Part shown: one piece after another, positions 11,001 through 20,800 of the stretch
Position numbering within the stretch: position 1 is the first letter of the stretch
Layout of the letters: every line of letters begins with the position of its first letter
Virus record (IMG/VR): IMGVR_UViG_3300031707_000016
Coordinates: 1-62,003 of that record
Length of the DNA stretch: 62,003 nt
Origin: a virus
Lineage: Duplodnaviria > Caudoviricetes
Reading direction: 5' to 3' (one strand)
Made by a program: the position numbers and the translations under genes
The notes under the pieces: generated by a model
What the model was told of the DNA's origin: nothing
The model's input: the letters and a program-made list of their open reading frames with translations, nothing else
The model's database searches: none

Positions 11001-11214
11001 TTTGAATACACTCAGGACTCAAATCCGACTTGCTATGAAATACGTCGCCTAACAACGCTACCACGGTCTCCGGTGGCGTTTGCTTAACTTCTTCATAGAG
11101 GTTGGCGAATACCTCCTTGTATTCATCATGTCGCTTATTCAGACGGATATGGATGTCTGCGACATGCAGAATATTGGTGTATTTTGGAAATGGTGAGGCA
11201 AGTACAGTTATCAT
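8008..11214 (-). CDS. fused Mre11/SbcD metallophosphoesterase and Rad50/SbcC ATPase (gp47-gp46 fusion)
   Basis: N-terminal ADIH, GDVFH, AGNHD, FHG and LGDIH motifs; Walker A GPNKSGKS; coiled coil with zinc-hook CKFC; signature TSGYE; Walker B IDEGFGTLD; ISH. Confidence 0.93.
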   Translation of the reverse strand: MITVLASPFPKYTNILHVADIHIRLNKRHDEYKEVFANLYEEVKQTPPETVVALLGDVFHSKSDLSPECIQMATDLFKALADIRPLVLIAGNHDATLSNKSRLDSLTPLVDSLNHPNLFYLKTTGLYGFGNILWNNMGVFDAPEHYIAGNTIPDIYRNQYEHVIAMFHGAVDKAALETGYAISNPAIMNPLFDYNDIALLGDIHKKQDMQDYAPDDHKPCIHYVGSMIQQNHGEGLRGHGYSLWDLKTRTYEFYELRNDYGYFTVDVNKGQLTTDLKDLPKKVRLRLKCYDSIASEVKAVISKIKELALVVETAYVRMDQERDKKDIIPLCKDIVLTDLTNVDYQNRLITEFLQKKVLITDQSKIDEILKINRNTNLLIKRDEFARNLKWKPIRFEFDNMFTYGENNVVDFTSMAGVYGIFGPNKSGKSSILSAIIFCLFDKFDRGFKGVHVMNVQKTSFKCKLEFEISGVRYFIERKGSTTRSGNVKVDVKFWKMENGVEEELHGTARRDTNDIIRDYIGTYEDFILTAASFQSAKNLSSFIDMGNSERKDLMVQFIGLNVFDRLQESAGERNKELNAVLKLHKDKNYPHEIQQNDSALAHAVSLFDENQKEVDSLKKQIADVNNQIISETANLIRLDAEVPTNLPALETKKTSSENSVKQKRQALEGFKTLLSEKEKTVADLNAQIKKIEESNLVESHKTYKSLSDKINEVKQKMDLKKVEIKGKLEKVARLDKHEYDPNCKFCTNNDFVKDASKAKKQLSDDKKEADKMLEHLDNLRSELAKFVWVEQVYETYTKALTDRSKVKDEAAVLSRNIIVTTNELEKLDTVLKEATHQIELYHRNEASVMMNERVQAKIGTYRNTLTRLDVEFQRQNRLLMDISGKRELFRSTIETLTKTMKEVAELENESDSYQHYMLAVGRDGIPYQVICNTVPEIEKEVNSILSQVVDYTIQFETDGKNIIPYVVYEYGRWPIELTSGYERFVASIAIRVALTNISNLPKTTFLAIDEGFGTLDPDNLASMYTLFSFLKNNFDFVLVISHLDALKDAVDKQIEIKREGNFSKVIFE

Positions 11215-12146
11215 AATCCTAGTTCGTAATTCAGTAAATCGGTAAAGTCAAATTCCCTAGACGTGTTAATCAGATCCGAGACTCGCTCAAACCCAAGCGA
11301 TGACGGATCTTTGCCGTTCAACTTAACAACGTGAACCTCAATGTTTGGAACGTCTTTTATCAGGAGTGAATAGTTCTTCACAGCATCTCTCAAAGCATCA
11401 CTATCCAACACGATGTTAACTCGCTTCGTGCCGTTGATAATCATCTTTTCTCGTAGTTTCTTTGATGGGTATTTTCCAAAAAGAGGAACGGCATTATTGC
11501 GGATGGCAATGGCATCGAATACACCTTCACAGAGATTGAGTGGTTCGTTGTAGTTGATAAAGATTTCAAACCCAACAAGGTCCATTGACACTTCGGGTTT
11601 TTTGTGGGGAATTGTTCCTTCACTCTCGTAATAGCGTCTGCCCATGAAAAAATTCAGATTACCTTTTGCATCGTATGATGGAACGATAATGTGATATGCA
11701 TATGGACCAGTCTCGCAATAACCGATGTTATATCTAAGTATGTCTTCACGGATGATTCCACGACGTTTCAGATACATCATGGCGTTCTTATATTCCGGCG
11801 AGGTTTTGGGTTGGGAGAGGGGGTGGAATTCCCCGGGAAGGGCAACCTCGGCTGATGCCACATACTTGCTCTGCATCGTAAACCGAACGTCTCCCGTCAG
11901 TTTAAGAAGACGATCCCGATAAGTCTTCGGTGCTTTGACTTTGGTCAGAAATGACCCAAGGAAAGACCCCTTGATATTGCATGTCCAACAGTGCCACTGT
12001 CCAGTCTCTAGGTTAATCTCCAACTTGCGCTTGTAGTGATGACAACAGGGGCAGAAATAAACCGCTTGCATACCGCCCTTACGCATACGGGCAGTCTGAT
12101 TCAGCAATTCATTGAGTAACCCAACAATCTGAGATTGCACCAACAT
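11211..12146 (-). CDS. DNA primase (Zn-finger plus TOPRIM)
   Basis: CPCC...HCWTC zinc-binding domain; CEGVFDAIA, LDSDA and KDP TOPRIM motifs. Confidence 0.85.
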   Translation of the reverse strand: MLVQSQIVGLLNELLNQTARMRKGGMQAVYFCPCCHHYKRKLEINLETGQWHCWTCNIKGSFLGSFLTKVKAPKTYRDRLLKLTGDVRFTMQSKYVASAEVALPGEFHPLSQPKTSPEYKNAMMYLKRRGIIREDILRYNIGYCETGPYAYHIIVPSYDAKGNLNFFMGRRYYESEGTIPHKKPEVSMDLVGFEIFINYNEPLNLCEGVFDAIAIRNNAVPLFGKYPSKKLREKMIINGTKRVNIVLDSDALRDAVKNYSLLIKDVPNIEVHVVKLNGKDPSSLGFERVSDLINTSREFDFTDLLNYELGL

Positions 12147-12152
12147 GCCTCA

Positions 12153-12181
12153 AGAATACTCGACTTCTTGAGGAAACTCAA
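12153..12181 (-). promoter_or_regulatory. sigma70-type promoter for primase and nuclease genes
   Basis: Minus strand TTGAGT-N17-TATTCT just upstream of the primase ATG. Confidence 0.5.
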
Positions 12182-12187
12182 CTTATT

Positions 12188-12841
12188 TTAATGTGACGCC
12201 GACAACTCGTAAAATGTCACTTTTGCCTGTTTTGAACCCACATTGTCAATGCAATAGCATCCTGCCTTGAAATAAAAAGTGCAGGGGTTCCATTCAGGCA
12301 CTAACTGAACGGTTTTACTTTTGCCGTTCACGGTGATTGTTGCCGTAAGATCTACAACCTTTATTTCATACTTGATTTGTTTGCTCAATGAGTACTTTCC
12401 AAAATCAAGTTTTATATCTGTACTGTCCGATGGAGACTTCTTGAATTCAGCAACTAACTTGCCCGCATTATAAACCATCTTAAATAGGGGAAGCGAGGTT
12501 CCGTCTTTCCCGTGAATCTGTCCAATGATTACTTTTTTAGAAGGAGGGACTTTGTTTATGGCACACGTTGCCGAAAGAATGTTTGTGCCGGTCAGTTTCC
12601 AGTTTACTCTGTCTGACTTCCCATCTATAAGCTCTCGCAGTTCTGTCCTTGGATAAGATGACCCAAGCGTGTGTCCTCCGTTTGTAGGTGTGGAAAATAT
12701 GAGTTCGCCGTCACTTCCCTTTGTAAACCATTCGGGATGTGTCCACCCACCCACCAAGTTAGCGGGGGAGATTTCTGTGGGAGGCGTAGAATCTGGAAGA
12801 GTTAGCTTCCAATGGGAAAGGTCGATATTGTATTTTGTCAT
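12188..12841 (-). CDS. polysaccharide lyase family 7 (alginate lyase-like)
   Basis: WKLTLP, YPRTELRE, IIGQIHG and FYFKAGCY match the three conserved PL7 regions. Confidence 0.88.
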   Translation of the reverse strand: MTKYNIDLSHWKLTLPDSTPPTEISPANLVGGWTHPEWFTKGSDGELIFSTPTNGGHTLGSSYPRTELRELIDGKSDRVNWKLTGTNILSATCAINKVPPSKKVIIGQIHGKDGTSLPLFKMVYNAGKLVAEFKKSPSDSTDIKLDFGKYSLSKQIKYEIKVVDLTATITVNGKSKTVQLVPEWNPCTFYFKAGCYCIDNVGSKQAKVTFYELSASH

Positions 12842-13158
12842 AGGGATGATTGTTTTGTTTCCGATGCCCGTTCTGTATATTCTTCCAATTGCTCCTCCAA
12901 GCGACTCTTTGCCATGTGCAAGGCAATTTCATACCACTCCCCCTTAATATCATGGGCAAACCGCTTCATGGTCTCTTTGATGTTTTTCTCCGCTTGGCGG
13001 AAGTCGGGATGATGGACGGAATAGACGATGCGGTAGCGGCGGAAAGGGTCTCCGGTTTGATAAACATGAAGACGTTGAGTCAAGTCAAAAGTTGTTCCAA
13101 CTTTAACCCAGTTGGGGAATGCGTCATTTGTAATGAGGTACAAGTAACCCGATTTCAT
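12838..13158 (-). CDS. GIY-YIG superfamily protein, T5orf172-like
   Basis: GYLYLI...WVKVGTT...RL..YQTGDP...AE...GEWY pattern. Confidence 0.8.
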   Translation of the reverse strand: MKSGYLYLITNDAFPNWVKVGTTFDLTQRLHVYQTGDPFRRYRIVYSVHHPDFRQAEKNIKETMKRFAHDIKGEWYEIALHMAKSRLEEQLEEYTERASETKQSSL

Positions 13159-13163
13159 AAAAC

Positions 13164-13652
13164 TTATTCTGTCTTAGGACGACTCAACGAGTCTTTAATG
13201 TCTTGGGTATATGCCTTTTTTTGAACTGCTTGAACCGCTATTGATTCGGCGGTTACTTCTTTCTGTGGAATGAGGAGTTCTGAAATGCGATTCGTCGGCG
13301 GCACTGCCAGTGGAGTTAAAAGTGGAGGAGTAGTAAGTGCCAATTGATTTGAACGACTTTCTCTCCAACGAGCTTGTGCAGCACTCATTGATTGTGCAAC
13401 CGCCGTGTTGACTATGTTGGATTGATTGTAGATAACGATGGATAACTGATTTGAAAGACTTTCTAATTGAACTTCATACCCCGCCAATTTGCCGGACAGA
13501 GAATCGATCAAATGGGTCATGTCTCGGCGAGTGCCCTGAACCTTGTCGTCAACCGATGTCGCACCTTTCCATACAATGGTGGAAGCTCCTAAAAATACCG
13601 CAACTACCAATGCGCTAATTGCATTGGTGACTATTTTGTTCCATTCAATCAC
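13164..13652 (-). CDS. membrane-anchored coiled-coil protein
   Basis: GTG start overlapping the upstream TGA; N-terminal hydrophobic helix AISALVVAVFLGASTIVW followed by a coiled coil. Confidence 0.6.
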   Translation of the reverse strand: MIEWNKIVTNAISALVVAVFLGASTIVWKGATSVDDKVQGTRRDMTHLIDSLSGKLAGYEVQLESLSNQLSIVIYNQSNIVNTAVAQSMSAAQARWRESRSNQLALTTPPLLTPLAVPPTNRISELLIPQKEVTAESIAVQAVQKKAYTQDIKDSLSRPKTE

Positions 13653-13855
13653 TTGTAGATCTCCATGTATTTTGGGTCCGTGTGCATACAATCGTCGCAC
13701 ACATATTCTTCGGTGTCTCGGGCAAATTCTTTCCAACTTCCCTCGGCAACCAGATAATAACCACCAGTGACAATTGCTCCCGTCGTTTTACACTTGTCAA
13801 TGATTCCCTCCACAGATTTCCCGCAGCGGTCACACGTTATCGTGATGTTCTTCAT
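13649..13855 (-). CDS. small zinc-ribbon protein
   Basis: CDRC...CDDC; late-promoter-like motif at 13861. Confidence 0.7.
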   Translation of the reverse strand: MKNITITCDRCGKSVEGIIDKCKTTGAIVTGGYYLVAEGSWKEFARDTEEYVCDDCMHTDPKYMEIYK

Positions 13856-13868
13856 ACACCAATAAATA

Positions 13869-14369
13869 TCACGCCATTGCTATAACAACTGCATCATATG
13901 TGTCTTCGTTATGAGCATCCCACGTTCCCCGCTTGTTCATTTTATCAAAAGAATGGACATATGGAAACCGAGCATCAATTTGCTGCCGAACATATTCCTT
14001 GCCAGTCATACCTTTGACTCTGGCCTTTCCAAAAACAGCCTTGCGGGCAGTGGTAGCATTTATCAAACGGACCCCTATTTTGAAGTGTTCTGAAACTATG
14101 TATTCAAAGACAGCATTGAAACGGGCAAGTTTGATGATGACTTGTTGACTGGTTCTCCCCATCATAAATCCGGAGAGAGCAGACTCCAAGTTGATTTGAA
14201 GTACCTTTGAAATCAGTGGATGGGCGTCCATGAGAGATATAATTCGTAACGCCTTTTCTTTGTTTGTCGGACACTCGGAAATATCTACAAATCCAGCATC
14301 CAGTATAACCGTTCCATCATAGAACGCCCACCCACAAATCGTTGTTGATGCATCAAATCCTAGCACCAT
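13869..14369 (-). CDS. RuvC-like Holliday junction resolvase
   Basis: MVLGFDASTTICGWA, internal LES, C-terminal EDTYDAVVIA acidic catalytic residues. Confidence 0.8.
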   Translation of the reverse strand: MVLGFDASTTICGWAFYDGTVILDAGFVDISECPTNKEKALRIISLMDAHPLISKVLQINLESALSGFMMGRTSQQVIIKLARFNAVFEYIVSEHFKIGVRLINATTARKAVFGKARVKGMTGKEYVRQQIDARFPYVHSFDKMNKRGTWDAHNEDTYDAVVIAMA

Positions 14370-14373
14370 AATC

Positions 14374-14943
14374 TTAGAAGTCAATTTTTCCAAGTGACCC
14401 GGTGCCAGCATATGATGCGGACACTGAGCACGTTGCCCACGACGCAGAGACCGCATATGGCGAAGACCGATATGAGGTCACATAGCAAGTATTGGATCCG
14501 AGGAACGAATCCCTCCATTGCCACTTGTTTCGGATGTAGGCATCAAATTCATTGGTATCCAACTCAACCTCAGATTCAACGCACAACTCCAAACGACGAA
14601 TTGTTCCCGTGTAATCATCTCCGTGGTCTTCGGGATATTTCCCTTGCCAATAATTGAACCGCTTGGTCTTGTCTTTGGCCTTGACCAAATCCAAATCGTT
14701 CTTCGTATAGACTTTTAGCAGTTTGGTCGCCTCTTTGCGTGCTTTTCTAAGCTGTTTGAGCTTTTCACGATGACTTTTGTTGATTTGTTCCAACTGTTCC
14801 TTCTCATTCTTTTTCAAATGAGTTTCTGCATCCAACCAGTATCCGGCGATGGCCTCAGTTAGAACCAAATCGTGTTTGGTCTTGTTCTCTTGAACAATTT
14901 TCAGAACTTCTTCTCTCGAAACTTTGACTTGCTGTAGTGACAT
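14374..14943 (-). CDS. hypothetical protein
   Basis: 189-aa ORF with RBS AAGGA; Ser-rich C-terminal tail. Confidence 0.7.
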   Translation of the reverse strand: MSLQQVKVSREEVLKIVQENKTKHDLVLTEAIAGYWLDAETHLKKNEKEQLEQINKSHREKLKQLRKARKEATKLLKVYTKNDLDLVKAKDKTKRFNYWQGKYPEDHGDDYTGTIRRLELCVESEVELDTNEFDAYIRNKWQWRDSFLGSNTCYVTSYRSSPYAVSASWATCSVSASYAGTGSLGKIDF

Positions 14944-14971
14944 AAACTTTTCCTTTCGTAACAGTACAGTG

Positions 14972-15018
14972 AAAAAAGCTTCACTGACTCCTAATACATA
15001 GGGCAGTGAAGCTTTTTT
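14972..15018. terminator. bidirectional intrinsic terminator-like hairpin
   Basis: AAAAAAGCTTCACTG ... CAGTGAAGCTTTTTT 15-bp inverted repeat with A/T tracts on both sides. Confidence 0.75.
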
Positions 15019-15041
15019 TCGAAAGAATCTTTTTTGGTTAT

Positions 15042-15344
15042 TTACGGCTTGTATTTCTGATTGTTGAAACCACGAATATACAATGACAATTCCGCTGATT
15101 TTGGAGACGGAGAAGTATTTGCTTGGAGCGCATCCTTCAGTTCAGTAATACCTTGGATTGCCTTGGTCTTGAAGTCGTCAATGGTGTAGAACACTTCATT
15201 GCCGTCAACTGGCATTCTGGCGTTTGGCGGTGCTCCGGGAGCACCAAGACGCTGCTTAACCTCAAAGGCTCCACCCGCATGTTGCGTGGCATAGCGTTGG
15301 TCAAGGGTCTTGGTCAATGATGGTCTATCTACTGGTGTTGGCAT
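15042..15344 (-). CDS. hypothetical protein
   Basis: 100-aa ORF; late-promoter-like motif at 15361. Confidence 0.7.
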   Translation of the reverse strand: MPTPVDRPSLTKTLDQRYATQHAGGAFEVKQRLGAPGAPPNARMPVDGNEVFYTIDDFKTKAIQGITELKDALQANTSPSPKSAELSLYIRGFNNQKYKP

Positions 15345-15372
15345 ATGTTATGTCCTTTGTTATAAATATCGT

Positions 15373-17775
15373 TTAGTAATCCATTTTGACAACAAAATTG
15401 ATTGGAAGCTCGGGAATAATCTTGATGGGTGTTCCTAGTTTGGCGACACCAACCAAGTCCAAACCACTGTAAAGTCCAATGGTTGTTGCCATTGGAGCCA
15501 AAAACGACCCCGTTTTATCCAATGCAACCGAATGCTCGTAATCAAAAAATTCTGGAACGATTTGTGCAGTGGCAGTCTTTTGAGTCACGAAGTTTAGATA
15601 ATCAATGACATCACTGAAGAGTTTTTTCTTACAGGAAGGAGTGATGTAAGTTGCGTAATTCTCCTGAGTCAAACGATTGGCGAAATACTTCCACACAATG
15701 TTCATGTCTCGAATGTCAATTCGGTTATCCTCGTTCAAATCCAACACGTCTTGAACCCATGTATCAACCAACTCCCATCTCACTATGCTTTCGCTGGCGA
15801 GGAATGAAGTGTATTCGTTGTTGTAGGTATTAGCATCTTGGTGGTAATTTAGGAAGCTGATTTCATCATCAGACGTTACGATGGATGAACTCCAATCGGT
15901 CGAGACCGGCTGTCCCAAAAACGAGGTATTCTTGTACTGCATGTAACGAAGAATGATGTCGGCATCTTGGAAATCAAACTCTCCATTTCCGTTGATGTCA
16001 AGGGATGCGGTTGGCTTGTACACTGCCGTAGGGTTGGTGCTGACGTTGAATTCGCCCGGGCTTACTGTGCAAACAACCTGCTTCTCAAAAATGGTATGTT
16101 GACCCTTGAATTGCAGGTCGTATTCGTAAGTGCTCGTATTCACCGCATTGAAGAACAACCCGTCAAACACAGACCCAGAGGTCATGATGACAATCTTTCC
16201 GTTTCTATAGAAAACGTTTCCGACGTGAAACTCATCACGCAGATTCTTGAGATTGTAGATGTATGCCTTGCCCATTATATCATCTAAGGAAATGTTATTG
16301 CTTTGTGTAGTGGAAATATCCATCTGACGGATGTCGTTAGACAGAATCATCGGTGCGCCGACAACCATAGACCTGTCAGCAATAGATACATCGTTTCCAA
16401 AGTCACGATATGGACTTAGATACTTCTTCTTTTTTTGATAGACGTTGGTGATTTCCCAATCGAGAGAGGAAGTGTTTTTTTGAAGAAGCATTGCCTGACC
16501 ATTGAGAGTGTTCTCCAAATTGTTTGTGCATTGATGGAGTTGGTCTATCGTCGCAGCAACATAACACGAGGTCAAAGTTTCGTTGTCTGTTTTTGGAATT
16601 CCGACAACCGCATTGCTTTGAAATATGTCCACCGAATACCCGAGGCGGTTATTCTTCATGGTCAAGTCCGTGCCGTAAGTCTTCAAAACCAAATCAAACT
16701 TTGTATAGGGAAGATTCTTACACTTTTCAAATACGTAAACCGAACCCTGTTCGTAAACCGATGACCCGCTGAATTCATACACCAGTCGGTCTAGGGGTGC
16801 TCCAACCACAACCGCTTCATCAAATGTGGATACTGCGTATCCAAATCCATTGGTGATGTTCATGGTTGGGTTATAGGGTGCATACCCTCCAAACGTCAGT
16901 GGAAGAATATCAGTCGTTGGGAAAAACTCAAATGTCTGGGTCCAACTTCCACTTACAAATTCAAAATAATATGCTTGACCATTGGCTTGATTTCCACATC
17001 CAACAACCATGCTTTGACTTACAGACCCGCTCTGTTTATTGAGCTTCAAGTCCCATCCAAATTGGGCATCCGCCACCGAACCAGATGGCTCAATTCTCTG
17101 GAAGAAACTCCAACTGTAATTGCTTCCGGTGGAGATGTTGCGATACATGTAAACCGTTCCTTTGGAAGAACTTACATGAGGAGACCCGATTGCAATCCAC
17201 GAACTGTTTATGCTTACTCCCCATCCAAATGAAGAAGTGACGGCTATATCTGGATTGTTGAAACTGAATACAAAACTACTCTGACTTAGAGGAATAAACT
17301 CGGTTCTTCCGAAATCGTGAACGTCAACCGACGCACCTGAAGCGGTGATGATACTCGCACTTGTGATAACAATTTGTGTAGCATATGGAGAACCAACAAT
17401 CAACAGTTTTCCATACATGTCAATGGATTTGCCGAATGCGTTATCCACCGAGGCGGTGTATCGGTCTTTATCAATAATAAGATCTGCCAGTGGCCCCACT
17501 ACGCTTCCTGTTTCGGTGTTTATTTGGTAAACCGTGCTGTTAGTGAGTTCGGTTTCCAAAATCACATTGACCTCAAATCCGACGTTGTAAATGGTATTTA
17601 CATAATCGTGGGAGTCAGTGCTCTTATTATAACGAAAAAAGTCCACTGAACCAGTGTGATACACACTGGCAGTAGCAGCGTTGAAACGCAAAAAATCTGG
17701 ATTCGACACCACTACGTAATCACCGTAAGTGGCGACTGCATACCCATAATTTTCATTTTTTACTTGAACAAACAT
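15373..17775 (-). CDS. virion protein with FG-GAP-like beta-propeller repeats, dockerin/EF-hand-like Ca-binding motifs and a conserved tail-module C-terminus
   Basis: Repeated FG.SV....VVGAP...G.VY units; LDINGNGEFDFQDA and LDLNEDNRIDIRDM; C-terminal TTIGLY..LVGVAKL. Confidence 0.7.
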   Translation of the reverse strand: MFVQVKNENYGYAVATYGDYVVVSNPDFLRFNAATASVYHTGSVDFFRYNKSTDSHDYVNTIYNVGFEVNVILETELTNSTVYQINTETGSVVGPLADLIIDKDRYTASVDNAFGKSIDMYGKLLIVGSPYATQIVITSASIITASGASVDVHDFGRTEFIPLSQSSFVFSFNNPDIAVTSSFGWGVSINSSWIAIGSPHVSSSKGTVYMYRNISTGSNYSWSFFQRIEPSGSVADAQFGWDLKLNKQSGSVSQSMVVGCGNQANGQAYYFEFVSGSWTQTFEFFPTTDILPLTFGGYAPYNPTMNITNGFGYAVSTFDEAVVVGAPLDRLVYEFSGSSVYEQGSVYVFEKCKNLPYTKFDLVLKTYGTDLTMKNNRLGYSVDIFQSNAVVGIPKTDNETLTSCYVAATIDQLHQCTNNLENTLNGQAMLLQKNTSSLDWEITNVYQKKKKYLSPYRDFGNDVSIADRSMVVGAPMILSNDIRQMDISTTQSNNISLDDIMGKAYIYNLKNLRDEFHVGNVFYRNGKIVIMTSGSVFDGLFFNAVNTSTYEYDLQFKGQHTIFEKQVVCTVSPGEFNVSTNPTAVYKPTASLDINGNGEFDFQDADIILRYMQYKNTSFLGQPVSTDWSSSIVTSDDEISFLNYHQDANTYNNEYTSFLASESIVRWELVDTWVQDVLDLNEDNRIDIRDMNIVWKYFANRLTQENYATYITPSCKKKLFSDVIDYLNFVTQKTATAQIVPEFFDYEHSVALDKTGSFLAPMATTIGLYSGLDLVGVAKLGTPIKIIPELPINFVVKMDY

Positions 17776-17840
17776 ATGTTACCCTAGTATAATTAGTCCG
17801 ATGGACCGTCTTTTATCAACTTCATTCGTGCTGTGCGCTC

Positions 17841-20800
17841 TTAAACATGATACCTCTTAACCGATCCTGTGTATGCGTTGACATCTCCGTCAAATCGTTG
17901 TGGCCAATAAAGGTCGCCACTGTAAGGTTCAACCGCAATCGAACGTCCTGCCGATGCTCCCAATGGAATCTCCGAAATGGGATAAATATCGCAAACTACA
18001 GTATGCGCTATGGGGTCAAGTACCAGTACCGCTCCCGCAGGATTACTCCAATAATTGAGAAGTTCCAACGTATGATTCTTTCGGTTGTACTTGATGTCAT
18101 CCACCGCAAAAACACTTCCCGTAAATTCAGACAAGTCGTATGTATAAATAACGTTAAGATGGGAGTCCGTTTCCAAAATCAAGGGTTGATAATCTGGTGC
18201 TGCACCAAATGCTCCAATGAAAACGGTATTGGTCAACTGACAATATGCCATAGACCCGGCCCATCCACCATATGGCGTTATTCCATCGTCTGCCATTGAC
18301 AGAAAATATCCATTTCCAGCATAAAATCCATCCTGAACGGCAGTTAGCAAATCTCCACTTCCACTTTCCGTGCTTCCGCTTATTGCATTGTTAACAAATG
18401 ACCAATTGGTATTGCCATCGGTAAACGACACTATCGCTCCACCATAATAACCATTGTCAATGCTGGTGCTAAAAGATGCCGTGGCAGAAACATTCATGGC
18501 AATAAATCCACCATCATAGATGTTTTGCGTATTCAAAATGCTGCCATCCGATCCGGTCAATTGTTCCAACCACAGAGTCGTGCCGTCATGCTCAAAAACC
18601 CATACGTTTTTTCCATCGGTGGACCAATCCATTCCTCCATAAGTAAGTGGAATTGTGGATAACAAACTTCCAGTTCTATCAAACATCAACATTGCAGATG
18701 CAGTCATTGGTTCATCCAAAAACGTTTGATGGTTTAGACCATCACTCATCATGAAATATTTTCCTCCACAAAATACTGCATTTTTTCCTGGCCAAGTATG
18801 AATGTATGATTCGGTGTAGTCATTGTATCTCACAGTTCCATCAAAGTTGAAGAACCAGTTGTGACGATTGTGTTGAAACGTTCCGTCCAATAGATACTCA
18901 TTATCAGAAACCACCATCGTTCTAAAATTCAAATCATCCGTTGATGTGATGTAACTTGGGTAAGCACGTCCCATCCAGTCGGTAGGACCGGGGTTGGAAG
19001 AGGTAATCAAAAAACTTCCTGAATATGTCATGCAGGACGCCGTGAAGGGGAAATTGGACGCCGTGAAGGGGGCAAGTACCGGAGCGGTTGCCGTAGATGT
19101 TCCAATAGAGTAAAGACGCCCCGTATTGAAATCAAATTCTTGCATTGCAGAATACACCCGTGAGCTTGACGGGACGAATGTGATGCTGTATTGATACCAA
19201 CCAGCTCCATTCGGAGGGTCCGAGTCTTCATTGGTAAATTGAAGGAAATTCTTCTCGGCATAAGTGTTCTTGTCTATTACAACAATACCCGCACTGTTCG
19301 GATTGTTCTGGTCATCCACCGCAGCGATATAGCTGTCAGTACAGGTGTCATCTGCGCCCTCTTCAAAAAGACCAAATCCCGGCACTCCCGTCTGAGTATG
19401 CACAATTGTATCTGACACGGGGTCATATATCTTCAGTGTATCAGTAGTACCACGAATCATCATCGTGCCATTTGATGGAATGTAAGTCACCACTATTTTT
19501 GCGCTCTGCGCCGTATTGCTCATAGCAAAGCTGGAGGCATCAACCTTAACCATTGGATTCATACCTTGTGTAGCAAGATAGTATGAGTTATTGACGGCAG
19601 AGTAGCAAGACATCCAAAACCCGGAAAAATTCTGATATGCCGATGAACTGAGAGTAGCGAGAACAGTTCTCGTAGCACAATCCCAAATGGTTATGTTAGC
19701 TACAGCAGTGTAGTTATATCTCGCAAACAGAATTCTATCATTGAAACTGTCATACGACAAGTATCCATTAAAATCAATGGTTGGTGGTACGGAGGATTGA
19801 GAAATCGGGTCTCTATAAAAGAAATTGCTCTGCAAAAAACTGCCGGTATTGTCGTATTCATCAATAGATGCAGTGTATTTTCCCGCAGTTTGGTAATAAA
19901 CCCAAGCGTACACCTTGTCTTGTGTTGGACTATATGCAGCTCCTTGCACTCCATTTGAATAAACAATCTTGTTGGTCGTTTGATTGGTGATGTCATAGAA
20001 CACCAAGTTTGGACCCGATTCTCCAATTACGATATAATTGGAAGAGGAAATGTAAACCACGTCTGCCGTTTCACCCGCAGCACTCCACGAAGTTTCCAGT
20101 TTTGGACCGGGCGACACATAAAGTGCATACCTTCCAAGACCGTTGTTTTGAGACGCAACTTCAACGGTATATGACCCACTCTTGGTCAATATGGCTGACA
20201 ATGCGGTATCTCCATCTCCGTTAAAATCTCCATCTGGAGTAAATCCGTTTCGAGAAATTCCCACAACTCCTCCATCTGGATCGACCAATGTAACATAAGT
20301 ATCAAAATCTTGTGAACGAGCCCACAGAGATACAGATTGACTGATTACACTGTTTGTAAAGTTCAGGCGAACGCCATAGTTGTAGGCATAGTATGATGCG
20401 CTACCATATCCGATGTATCCCGCCTGAACCGATGGTCCGAAGTCGGGAGAAACACACGAACTCGGTGGATAAAAAATGAAGACGCTGGCAGTATCGCTGT
20501 ATGGTCCGTAAAGACCAAATGTGCAATGTGCTTTAATGCGATACCAGTAATTGCTTGCATAAGAGACTGAGAAATCATTGTAGCTTGTACTGGTCGGATT
20601 TATAGATGCCGAATATGGCCAACTAGACCCAGAATCAATGGAACGTTCGAGAATAAAATAATCACATCCGCCCTGTGAAGAACCACTGTAAGTCCACGAC
20701 ATTGCGGATTGAGTTTCAAAAAGATACTGAGCACCGGCAAGCACCGGCGTATCAACGCCGGGACTATGTATAAACAACTCAAACAATGCACTTGGGGTGC

